A DNA stretch of 64,000 bases from Eimeria praecox (lineage: Eukaryota), in contig OY986949.1 in the NCBI GenBank assembly GCA_963920595.1, forward strand, positions 3,658,001-3,722,000, read 5' to 3'. The position numbers and the translations under genes were made by a program. Below the pieces are notes generated by a model. That model did not search any database. It saw nothing but the letters and a program-made list of their open reading frames with translations, and was not told where the DNA came from. Shown here piece by piece: positions 14,901-27,700 of the stretch (positions are counted from its first letter, which is position 1; every line of letters begins with the position of its first letter).

Positions 14901-17900
14901 ACTACCTACCATGTATCTGCCCCAAATTGTCGCACTCTTCACACATTCACGTCCTCCGCTTCCATCGACCAGCTACTCACTTACCCCTATGCACTGCTGC
15001 ACAGAACACCTGGTCCTAAACGCCTAACAAAGCACAAAAACAACAGCGCCAGCCTTGGTCCATCCTGCAAGCGCTGCCTCGCACTATGCAACAACAGCCA
15101 CACCTGCCAAACCTCACTGCGCAGTAGCCGCCTCCCCTGCCACATCCACAACACGCACTTCCTGTTTCGGCTAACGATAAACAACAATGCAACCAGGCAG
15201 GGCTGCTAAGGGCAAGAGCCGTTGCAAAACGCCATCCGTAATCTATCCCCAAGCCAGCCACCAGCAATGCACTACCTACCATGTATCTGCCCCAAATTGT
15301 CGCACTCTTCACACATTCACGTCGTCCGCTTCCATCGGCCAGCTACTCACTTTAGCCTATGCAATGCTGCACAGAAAACCTGGTCCTAGACGCCAAACAA
15401 AGCGCAAAAAAAAAAGTGCCAGCCTTGGTCCATCCAGAACGCGCTGCCTCGCACTATGCAACAACAGCCACACCTGCCAAGCCTCACTGCGCAGTAGCCG
15501 CCTCCCTTGCCACCTCCACAACACGCACTTCCTCCTTCGGCTGACGATAAACAACAACGTAGCCAGGCAGGGCTGCTAAGGGCAAGAGCCGTTGCAAAAT
15601 GCCATCCGTAATCTATACCCAAGGCAACCACCAGCAATGCACTACCTACCATGTATCTGCCCAAAATTGTCGCACTCTTCACACATTCACGTCCTCCGCT
15701 CCCATCGACCAGCTACTCACTTACACCTATGCAACGCTGCACAACAAACCTGTTCCTAGACGCCAAACCAAGTGCACAAAAACAGCCGCGCCACCCTTCG
15801 TCCACGCACAACGCGCTGCCTCGCACAATGCAACAACAGCAACACCTGCCAAACCTCACTGCGCAGTAGCCGGCTCCCCGGCCACATCCACAACACGCAC
15901 TTCCTGCTTCGGCTGACGATAAACAACAACGTAGCCAGGCAGGCATGCTAAGGGCAAGAGCCGTTGCAAAATGCCATCCGTAATCTATACCCAAGCCAGC
16001 CACCAGCAATGCACTACCTACCATGTATCTGCCCCAAATTGTCGCACTCTTCACACATTCACGTCCTCCGCTTCCATCGACCAGCTACTCACTTACGCCT
16101 ATGCAATGCTGCACAGAACACCTGGTCCTAAACGCCTAACAAAGCACAAAAACAACAGCGCCAGCCTTGGTCCATCCTGCAAGCGCTGCCTCGCACTATG
16201 CAACAACAGCCACACCTGCCAAACCTCACTGCGCAGTAGCCGCCTCCCCTGCCACCTCCACAACACGCACTTCCTGTTTCAGCTAACGATAAACAACAAT
16301 GCAACCAGGCAGGGCTGCTAAGGGCAAGAGCCGTTGCAAAACGCCATCCGTAATCTATCCCCACGCCAACCACCAGCAATGCACTACCTACCATGTATCT
16401 GCCCCAAATTGTCGCACTCTTCACACATTCACGTCCTCCGCTTCCATCGACCAGCTACTCACTTACACCTATGCAACGCTGCACAGCACCCCTGGTCCTA
16501 GACGCTAAACAAAGCACAAAAACAACAGCGCCACCCTTGGTCCATCCTGAACGCGCTGCCTCGCACTATGCAACAACAGCCACACCTGCCAAGCCTCGCT
16601 GCGCACTAGCCGCCTCCCCTGCCACATCCACAACACGCACTTCCTGTTTCGGCTGACGATAAACAACAATGCAACCAGGCAGCGCTGCTCAGGGCAAGAG
16701 CCGTTGCAAAACGCCATCCGTAATCTATCCCCAAGCCCGCCACCAGCAATGCACTATCTACCATGTATCTGCCCCAAATTGTCGCACTCTTCACACATTC
16801 ACGTCCTCCGCTTCCATCGACCAGCTACTCACTTACCCCTATGCAATCCTGCACAGAAAACCTGTTCCTACACGCCAAACCAAGTGCACAAAAACCGCCG
16901 AGCCACCCTTGGTCCATCCAGAACGCGCTGCCTCGCACTATGCAACAACAGCCACACCTGCCAAACCTCACTGCGCAGTAGCCGCCTCCCCTGCCACATC
17001 CACAACACGCACTTCCTGTTTCGGCTAACGATAAACAACAATGCAACCAGGCAGGGCTGCTAAGGGCAAGAGCCGTTGCAAAACGCCATCCGTAATCTAT
17101 CCCCAAGCCCGCCACCAGCAATGCACTACCTACCATGTATCTGCCCCAAATTGTCGCACTCTTCACACATTCACGTCCTCCGCTTCCATCGGCCAGCTAC
17201 TCACTTAAGCCTATGCAATGCTGCACAGAAAACCTGGTCCTAGACGCTAAACAAAGCGCAAAAACAACAGTGCCAGCCTTGGTCCATCCAGAACGCGCTG
17301 CCTCGCACTATGCAACAACAGCCACACCTGCCAAGCCTCACTGCGCACTAGCCGCCTCCCCTGTCACATCCACAACACGCACTTCCTCCTTGGCCTGACG
17401 ATAAACAACAATGCAACCAGGCAGGGCTGCTCAGGGCAAGAGCCGTTGCAAAATGCCATCCGTAATCTATCCCCAAGCCAGCCACCAGCAATGCACTACC
17501 TACCATGTATCTGCCCCAAATTGTCGCACTCTTCACACATTCACGTCCTCCGCTTCCATCGACCAGCTACTCACTTACCCCTATGCACTGCTGCACAGAA
17601 CACCTGGTCCTAAACGCCTAACAAAGCACAAAAACAACAGCGCCAGCCTTGGTCCATCCTGCAAGCGCTGCCTCGCACTATGCAACAACAGCCACACCTG
17701 CCAAACCTCACTGCGCAGTAGCCGCCTCCCCTGCCACATCCACAACACGCACTTCCTGTTTCGGCTAACGATAAACAACAATGCAACCAGGCAGGGCTGC
17801 TAAGGGCAAGAGCCGTTGCAAAACGCCATCCGTAATCTATCCCCAAGCCCGCCACCAGCAATGCACTACCTACCATGTATCTGCCCCAAATTGTCGCACT

Positions 17901-20900
17901 CTTCACACATTCACGTCGTCCGCTTCCATCGGCCAGCTACTCACTTTAGCCTATGCAATGCTGCACAGAAAACCTGGTCCTAGACGCCAAACAAAGCGCA
18001 AAAAAAAAAGTGCCAGCCTTGGTCCATCCAGAACGCGCTGCCTCGCACTATGCAACAACAGCCACACCTGCCAAGCCTCAATGCGCAGTAGCCGCCTCCC
18101 TTGCCACCTCCACAACACGCACTTCCTCCTTCGGCTGACGATAAACAACAACGTAGCCAGGCAGGGCTGCTAAGGGCAAGAGCCGTTGCAAAATGCCATC
18201 CGTAATCTATACCCAAGGCAACCACCAGCAATGCACTACCTACCATGTATCTGCCCAAAATTGTCGCACTCTTCACACATTCACGTCCTCCGCTCCCATC
18301 GACCAGCTACTCACTTACCCCTATGCAACGCTGCACAACAAACCTGTTCCTAGACGCCAAACCAAGTGCACAAAAACAGCCGCGCCACCCTTCGTCCACG
18401 CACAACGCGCTGCCTCGCACAATGCAACAACAGCAACACCTGCCAAACCTCACTGCGCAGTAGCCGGCTCCCCGGCCACATCCACAACACGCACTTCCTG
18501 CTTCGGCTGACGATAAACAACAACGTAGCCAGGCAGGCATGCTAAGGGCAAGAGCCGTTGCAAAATGCCATCCGTAATCTATACCCAAGCCAGCCACCAG
18601 CAATGCACTACCTACCATGTATCTGCCCCAAATTGTCGCACTCTTCACACATTCACGTCCTCCGCTTCCATCGACCAGCTACTCACTTACGCCTATGCAA
18701 TGCTGCACAGAACACCTGGTCCTAAACGCCTAACAAAGCACAAAAACAACAGCGCCAGCCTTGGTCCATCCTGCAAGCGCTGCCTCGCACTATGCAACAA
18801 CAGCCACACCTGCCAAACCTCACTGCGCAGTAGCCGCCTCCCCTGCCACCTCCACAACACGCACTTCCTGTTTCAGCTAACGATAAACAACAATGCAACC
18901 AGGCAGGGCTGCTAAGGGCAAGAGCCGTTGCAAAACGCCATCCGTAATCTATCCCCACGCCAACCACCAGCAATGCACTACCTACCATGTATCTGCCCCA
19001 AATTGTCGCACTCTTCACACATTCACGTCCTCCGCTTCCATCGGCCAGCTACTCACTTACACCTATGCAACGCTGCACAGCACCCCTGGTCCTAAACGCC
19101 TAACAAAGCACAAAAACAACAGCGCCAGCCTTGGTCCATCCTGAACGCGCTGCCTCGCACTATGCAACAACAGCCACACCTGCCAAGCCTCGCTGCGCAC
19201 TAGCCGCCTCCCCTGCCACATCCACAACACGCACTTCCTGTTTCGGCTGACGATAAACAACAATGCAACCAGGCAGCGCTGCTCAGGGCAAGAGCCGTTG
19301 CAAAACGCCATCCGTAATCTATCCCCAAGCCCGCCACCAGCAATGCACTATCTACCATGTATCTGCCCCAAATTGTCGCACTCTTCACACATTCACGTCC
19401 TCCGCTTCCATCGACCAGCTACTCACTTACCCCTATGCAATGCTGCACAGAAAACCTGTTCCTACACGCCAAACCAAGTGCACAAAAACCGCCGAGCCAC
19501 CCTTGGTCCATCCAGAACGCGCTGCCTCGCACTATGCAACAACAGCCACACCTGCCAAACCTCACTGCGCAGTAGCCGCCTCCCCTGCCACATCCACAAC
19601 ACGCACTTCCTGTTTCGGCTGACGATAAACAACAATGCAACCAGGCAGCGCTGCTCAGGGCAAGAGCCGTTGCAAAACGCCATCCGTAATCTATCCCCAA
19701 GCCAGCCACCAGCAATGCACTACCTACCATGTATCTGCCCTAAATTGTCGCACTCTTCACACATTCACGTCCTCCGCTTCCATCGACCAGCTACTCACTT
19801 ACCCCTATGCAATGCTGCACAGAAACCCTGGTCCTAAACGCCAAACAAAGCACAAAAACAACAGTGCCAGCCTTGGTCCATCCAGAACGCGCTGTCGCCC
19901 ACAATGCAACAACAGCAGCACCTGCCAAACCTCACTACGCAGTAGCCGCCTCCCCTGCCACATCCACAACACGCACTTCCTCCTTGGCCTGACGATAAAC
20001 AACAATGCAACCAGGCAGGGCTGCTAAGAGCAACACCCGTTGCAAACCGCCATCCGTAATCTATCCCCACGCCAACCACCAGCAATGCACTACCTACCAT
20101 GTATCTGCCCCAAATTGTCGCACTCTTCACACATTCACTTCCACCGCTTCCATCGACCAGCTACTCGCTTACCCCTATGCAATGCTGCACAGAAAACCTG
20201 GTCCTAAATGCGAAACAAAGCACAAAAACAACAGCGCCACCCTTGGTCCATCCAGAACGCGCTGCCTCGCACTATGCAACAACAGCCACGCCTGCCAAAC
20301 CTCACTGCGCAGTAGCCGCCTCCCCTGCCACCTCCACAACACGCACTTCCTGTTTCGGCTGACGATAAACAACAATGCAACCAGGCAGGGCTGCTAAGGG
20401 CAAGAGCCGTTGCAAAACGCCATCCGTAATCTATCCCCACGCCAACCACCAGCAATGCACTACCTACCATGTATCTGCCCCAAATTGTCGCACTCTTCAC
20501 ACATTCACGTCCTCCGCTTCCATCGGCCAGCTACTCACTTACCCCTATGCAATGCTGCACAGACCACCTGGTCCTAGACGCCAAACAAAGCGCAAAAACA
20601 ACAGTGCCAGCCTTGGTCCATCCAGAACGCGCTGTCTCGCACTATGCAACAACAGCCACACCTGCCAAGCCTCGCTGCGCACTAGCCGCCTCCCCTGCCA
20701 CCTCCACAACACGCACTTCCTCCTTCGGCTGACGATAAACAACAATGCAACCAGGCAGGGCTGCTCAGGGCAAGAGCCGTTGCAAAACGCCATCCGTAAT
20801 CTATCCCCAAGCCAACCACCAGCAATGCACTATCTACCATGTATCTGCCCCAAATTGTCGCACTCTTCACACATTCACGTCCTCCGCTTCCATCGACCAG

Positions 20901-23900
20901 CTACTCATTTACGCCTATGCAATGCTGCACAGAAAACCTGGTCCTAGACGAAAAACAAAACACAAAAACAACAGCGCCACCCTTGGTCCATCCAGAACGC
21001 GCTGCCTCGGACTATGCAACAACAGCAAAACCTGCCAAAGCTTACTGCGCAGTAGCCGCCTCCCCTGCCACCTCCACAACACGCACTTCCTCCTTGGCCC
21101 GACGATAAACAACAATGCAACCAGGCAGGGCTGCTAAGAGCAACACCCGTTGCAAACCGCCATCCGTAATCTATCCCCACGCCAACCACCAGCAATGCAC
21201 TACCTACCATGTATCTGCCCCAAATTGTCGCACTCTTCACACATTCACTTCCACCGCTTCCATCGACCAGCTACTCGCTTACCCCTATGCAATGCTGCAC
21301 AGAAAACCTAGTCCTAGACGAAAAACAAAACACAAAAACAACAGCGCCACCCTTGGTCCATCCAGAACGCGCTGCCTCGCACTATGCAACAACAGCCACA
21401 CCTGCCAAACCTCACTGCGCAGTAGCCGCCTCCCCTGCCACCTCCGCAACACGCACTTCCCGCTTCGGCTGACGATAAACAACAATGCAGCCAGACAGGG
21501 CTGCTAAGGGCAACACCCGTTGCAAAACGCCATCCGTAATCTATCCCCAAGCCAGCCACCAGCAATGCACTACCTACCATGTATCTGCCCCAAATTGTCG
21601 CACTCTTCACACATTAACGTCCTCCGCTTCCATCGGCCAGCTACTCACTTACCCCTATGCAATGCTGCACAGACCACCTGGTCCTAGACGCCAAACAAAG
21701 CGCAAAAACAACAGTGCCAGCCTTGGTCCATCCAGAACGCGCTGTCTCGCACTATGCAACAACAGCCACACCTGCCAAGCCTCGCTGCGCACTAGCCGCC
21801 TCCCCTGCCACCTCCACAACACGCACTTCCTGTTTCAGCTAACGATAAACAACAATGCAACCAGGCAGGGCTGCTAAGGGCAAGAGCCGTTGCAAAATGC
21901 CATCCGTAATCTATCCCCAAGCCAACCACCAGCAATGCACTATCTACCATGTATCTGCCCCAAATTGTCGCACTCGTCACACATTCACGTCCTCCGCTTC
22001 CATCGACCAGCTACTCATTTACGCCTATGCAATGCTGCACAGAAAACCTGGTCCTAGACGAAAAACAAAACACAAAAACAACAGCGCCACCCTTGGTCCA
22101 TCCAGAACGCGCTGCCTCGGACTATGCAACAACAGCAAAACCTGCCAAAGCTTACTGCGCAGTAGCCGCCTCCCCTGCCACCTCCACAACACGCACTTCC
22201 TCCTTGGCCTGACGATAAACAACAATGCAACCAGGCAGGGCTGCTAAGAGCAACACCCGTTGCAAACCGCCATCCGTAATCTATCCCCACGCCAACCACC
22301 AGCAATGCACTACCTACCATGTATCTGCCCCAAATTGTCGCACTCTTCACACATTCACTTCCACCGCTTCCATCGACCAGCTACTCGCTTACCCCTATGC
22401 AATGCTGCACAGAAAACCTGGTCCTAGACGAAAAACAAAACACAAAAACAACAGCGCCACCCTTGGTCCATCCAGAACGCGCTGTCTCGCACTATGCAAC
22501 AACAGCACAACCTGCCAAACCTCACTGCGCAGTAGCCGCCTCCCCGGCCACCTCCACAACACGCACTTCCTGTTTCGGCTGACGATAAACAACAATGCAA
22601 CCAGGCAGGCCTGCTCAGGGCAAGAGCCGTTGCAAAACGCCATCCGTAATCTATCCCCAAGGCAACCACCAGCAATGCACTATCTACCATGTATCTGCCC
22701 CAAATTGTCGCACTCGTCACACATTCACGTCCTCCGCTTCCATCGACCAGCTACTCACCTACGCCTATGCAATGCTGCACAGAAAACCTGTTCCTAGACG
22801 AAAAACAAAACACAAAAACAACAGCGCCACCCTTGGTCCATCCAGAACGCGCTGCCTCGCACAATGCGACAACAGCAGCACCTGCCAAACCTCACTGCGC
22901 AGTAGCCGCCTCCCCGGCCACCTCCACAACACGCACTTCCTGTTTCGGCTGACGATAAACAACAATGCAACCAGGCAGGCCTGCTCAGGGCAAGAGCCGT
23001 TGCAAAACGCCATCCGTAATCTATCCCCAAGCCAACCACCAGCAATGCACTATCTACCATGTATCTGCCCCAAATTGTCGCACTCTTCACACATTCACGT
23101 CCTCCGCTTCCATCGGCCAGCTACTCACTTACCCCTATGCAATGCTGCACAGAACACCTGGTCCTAGACGCCAAACAAAGCGCAAAAAAAAACGTGCCAG
23201 CCTTGGTCCATCCAGAACGCGCTGCCTCGCACTATGCAACAACAGCCACACCTGCCAAGCCTCACTGCGCACTAGCCGCCTCCCCTGCCACCTCCACAAC
23301 ACGCACTTCCTCCTTGGCCTGACGATAAACAACAATGCAACCAGGCAGGGCTGCTAAGGGCAAGAGCCGTTGCAAAACGCCATCCGTAATCTATACCCAA
23401 GCCCGCCACCAGCAATGCACTACCTACCATGTATCTGCCCCAAATTGTCGCACTCTTCACACATTCACGTCCTCCGCTTCCATCGACCAGCTACTCACTT
23501 AAGCCTATGCAATGCTGCACACAGCACCTGTTCCTAGAAGCCAAACCAAGCCCACAAACCCGAATACCAGCCTTGGTCCATGCACAACGCGATGTTGCGC
23601 ACAATGCAACAACAGCAGCACCTGCCAAACCTCACTGCGCAGTAGCCGCCTCCCCTGCCACCTCCACAACACGCACTTCCTGTTTCGGCTGACGATAAAC
23701 AACAATGCAACCAGGCAGGGCTGCTCAGGGCAAGAGCCGTTGCAAAACGCCATCCGTAATCTATCCCCAAGCCAGCCACCAGCAATGCACTACCTACCAT
23801 GTATCTGCCCCAAATTGTCGCACTCTTCACACATTCACGTCCTCCGCTTCCATCGACCAGCTACTCACTTACCCCTATGCAATGCTGCACAGAAAACCTG

Positions 23901-26900
23901 GTCCTAAATGCGAAACAAAGCACAAAAACAACAGCGCCACCCTTGGTCCATCCAGAACGCGCTGCCTCGCACTATGCAACAACAGCCACACCTGCCAAAC
24001 CTCACTGCGCACTAGCCGGCTCCCCTGCCACATCCACAACACGCACTTCCCGCTTCGGCTGGCGATAAACAACAATGCAACCAGGCAGGGCTGCTAAGGG
24101 CAAGAGCCGTTGCAAAACGCCATCCGTAATCTATCCCCAAGCCCGCCACCAGCAATGCACTACCTACCATGTATCTGCCCCAAATTGTCGCACTCTTCAC
24201 ACATTCACGTCCTCCGCTTCCATCGACCAGCTACTCACTTACCCCTATGCAATGCTGCACAGAAAACCTGTTCCTACACGCCAAACCAAGTGCACAAAAA
24301 CCGCCGAGCCACCCTTGGTCCATCCAGAACGCGCTGCCTCGCACTATGCAACAACAGCCACACCTGCCAAACCTCACTGCGCAGTAGCCGCCTCCCCTGC
24401 CACCTCCACAACACGCACTTCCTGCTTCGGCTGACGATAAACAACAACGTAGCCAGGCAGGCCTGCTCAGGGCAAGAGCCGTTGCAAAACGCCATCCGTA
24501 ATCTATCCCCAAGCCAACCACCAGCAATGCACTATCTACCATGTATCTGCCCCAAATTGTCGCACTCTTCACACATTCACGTCCTCCGCTTCCATCGACC
24601 AGCTACTCACCTACGCCTATGCAATGCTGCACAGAACACCTGGTCCTAAACGCCAAACAAAGCACAAAAACAACAGCGCCAGCCTTGGTCCATCCTGAAC
24701 GCGCTGCCTCGCACTATGCAACAACAGCAGCACCTGCCAAGCCTCACTGCGCACTAGCCGCCTCCCCTGCCACCTCCACAACACGCACTTCCTGTTTCGG
24801 CTAACGATAAACAACAATGCAACCAGGCAGGGCTGCTAAGGGCAAGAGCCGTTGCAAAACGCCATCCGTAATCTATCCCCAAGCCAGCCACCAGCAATGC
24901 ACTACCTACCATGTATCTGCCCCAAATTGTCGCACTCTTCACACATTCACGTCCTCCGCTTCCATCGACCAGCTACTCACTTACACCTATGCAATGCTGC
25001 ACAGAAAACCTGGTCCTAAACGCCAAACAAAGCACAAAAACAACAGCGCCACCCTTGGTCCATCCAGAACGCGCTGCCTCGCACTATGCAACAACAGCCA
25101 CACCTGCCAAACCTCACTGCGCAGTAGCCGCCTCCCCTGCCACCTCCACAACACGCACTTCCCGCTTCGGCTGACGATAAACAACAATGCAGCCAGACAG
25201 GGCTGCTAAGGGCAACATCCGTTGCAAAACGCCATCCGTAATCTATACCCAAGCCAGCCACCAGCAATGCACTACCTACCATGTATCTGCCCCAAATTGT
25301 CGCACTCTTCACACATTCACGTCCTCCGCTTCCATCGGCCAGCTACTCACTTACCCCTATGCAATGCTGCACAGAAAACCTGTTCCTACACGCCAAACCA
25401 AGTGCACAAAAACCGCCGAGCCACCCTTGGTCCACGCACAACGCGCTGCCTCGCACTATGCAACAACAGCCACACCTGCCAAACCTCACTGCGCAGTAGC
25501 CGCCTCCCCTGCCACCTCCACAACACGCACTTCCTCCTTCGGCTGACGATAAACAACAATGCAACCAGGCAGGGCTGCTAAGGGCAAGAGCCGTTGCAAA
25601 ACGCCATCCGTAATCTATCCCCAAGCCAACCACCAGCAATGCACTATCTACCATGTATCTGCCCCAAATTGTCGCACTCGTCACACATTCACGTCCTCCG
25701 CTTCCATCGACCAGCTACTCATTTACGCCTATGCAATGCTGCACAGAAAACCTGGTCCTAGACGAAAAACAAAACACAAAAACAACAGCGCCACCCTTGG
25801 TCCATCCAGAACGCGCTGCCTCGGACTATGCAACAACAGCAAGACCTGCCAAACCTTACTGCGCAGTAGCCGCCTCCCCTGCCACCTCCACAACACGCAC
25901 TTCCTCCTTGGCCTGACGATAAACAACAATGCAACCAGGCAGGGCTGCTAAGAGCAACACCCGTTGCAAACCGCCATCCGTAATCTATCCCCACGCCAAC
26001 CACCAGCAATGCACTACCTACCATGTATCTGCCCCAAATTGTCGCACTCTTCACACATTCACGTCCACCGCTTCCATCGACCAGCTACTCGCTTACCCCT
26101 ATGCAATGCTGCACAGAAAACCTGTTCCTAGACGAAAACCAAAACACAAAAACAACAGCGCCACCCTTGGTCCATCCAGAACGCGCTGTCTCGCACTATG
26201 CAACAACAGCACAACCTGCCAAACCTCACTGCGCACTAGCCGCCTCCCCTGCCACCTCCACAACACGCACTTCCTCCTTGGCCTGACGATAAACAACAAT
26301 GCAACCAGGCAGGGCTGCTAAGAGCAACACCCGTTGCAAAACGCCATCCGTAATCTATCCCCAAGCCCGCCACCAGCAATGCACTACCTACCATGTATCT
26401 GCCCCAAATTGTCGCACTCTTCACACATTCACGTCCTCCGCTTCCATCGACCAGCTACTCACTTACCCCTATGCAATGCTGCACAGAAAACCTGGTCCTA
26501 AATGCGAAACAAAGCACAAAAACAACAGCGCCACCCTTGGTCCATCCAGAACGCGCTGCCTCGCACTATGCAACAACAGCAACACCTGGCAAACCTCACT
26601 GCGCAGTAGCCGGCTCCCCGGCCACCTCCACAACACGCACTTCCCGCTTCGGCTGACGATAAACAACAATGCAACCAGGCAGGGCTGCTCAGGGCAAGAG
26701 CCGTTGCAAAACGCCATCCGTAATCTATCCCCAAGCCCGCCACCAGCAATGCACTATCTACCATGTATCTGCCCCAAATTGTCGCACTCTTCACACATTC
26801 ACGTCCTCCGCTTCCATCGACCAGCTACTCACTTACCCCTATGCAATGCTGCACAGAAAACCTGGTCCTAAACGCCTAACAAAGCACAAAAACAACAGCG

Positions 26901-27700
26901 CCAGCCTTGGTCCATCCTGAACGCGCTGCCTCGGACTATGCAACAACAGCCACACCTGCCAAACCTCACTGCGCAGTAGCCGCCTCCCCTGCCACCTCCA
27001 CAACACGCACTTCCTCCTTGGCCTGACGATAAACAACAATGCAACCAGGCAGGGCTGCTAAGGGCAAGAGCCGTTGCAAAACGCCATCCGTAATCTATAC
27101 CCAAGCCAGCCACCAGCAATACACTACCTACCATGTATCTGCCCCAAATTGTCGCACTCTTCACACATTCACGTCCTCCGCTTCCATCGACCAGCTACTC
27201 ACTTACCCCTATGCAACGCTGCACAGAAAACCTGTTCCTACAAGCCAAACCAAGCACACAAACCCGAATACCAGCCTTGGTCCATGCACAACGCGCTGTC
27301 GCGCACAATGCAACAACAGCAGCACCTGCCAAACCTCACTACGCAGTAGCCGCCTCCCCTGCCACCTCCACAACACGCACTTCCTCCTTCGGCTGACGAT
27401 AAACAACAATGCAACCAGGCAGGCCTGCTAAGGGCAAGAGCCGTTGCAAAACGCCATCCGTAATCTATCCCCAAGCCAACCACCAGCAATGCACTATCTA
27501 CCATGTATCTGCCCCAAATTGTCGCACTCTTCATACATTAACGTCCTCCGCTTCCATCGACCAGCTACTCACTTACGCCTATGCAATGCTGCACAGAAAA
27601 CCTGTTCCTAGACGCCAAACAAAACACACAAGCAACAGTGCCAGCGTTGGTCCATGCACAGCCCGCTGTCTCGCACAATGCCACAACAGCAGTACCCGCC
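5991..27700. repeat. Satellite subfamily B: ~58 tandem 370/372-bp monomers
   Basis: A near-invariant core, CCATGTATCTGCCCCAAATTGTCGCACTCTTCACACATTCACGTCC, recurs every 370 or 372 bp. The 372-bp type dominates ~7.5-12.7 kb. It shares blocks with subfamily A (CACACATTCA, CCATGCACAACGC, CCACCTCCACAACAC, CTAAGGGCA). Confidence 0.97.

Noticed and set aside
5991..27700. CTGACGA/CTGATGA in each B monomer as a hammerhead ribozyme core (retrozyme-like satellite) or snoRNA box
   Set aside because: No stem II plus GAAA follows. The motif varies (CTAACGA, CTGGCGA, CCGACGA) and is absent in A (CTGAAAA). An Infernal search against Rfam would settle it.
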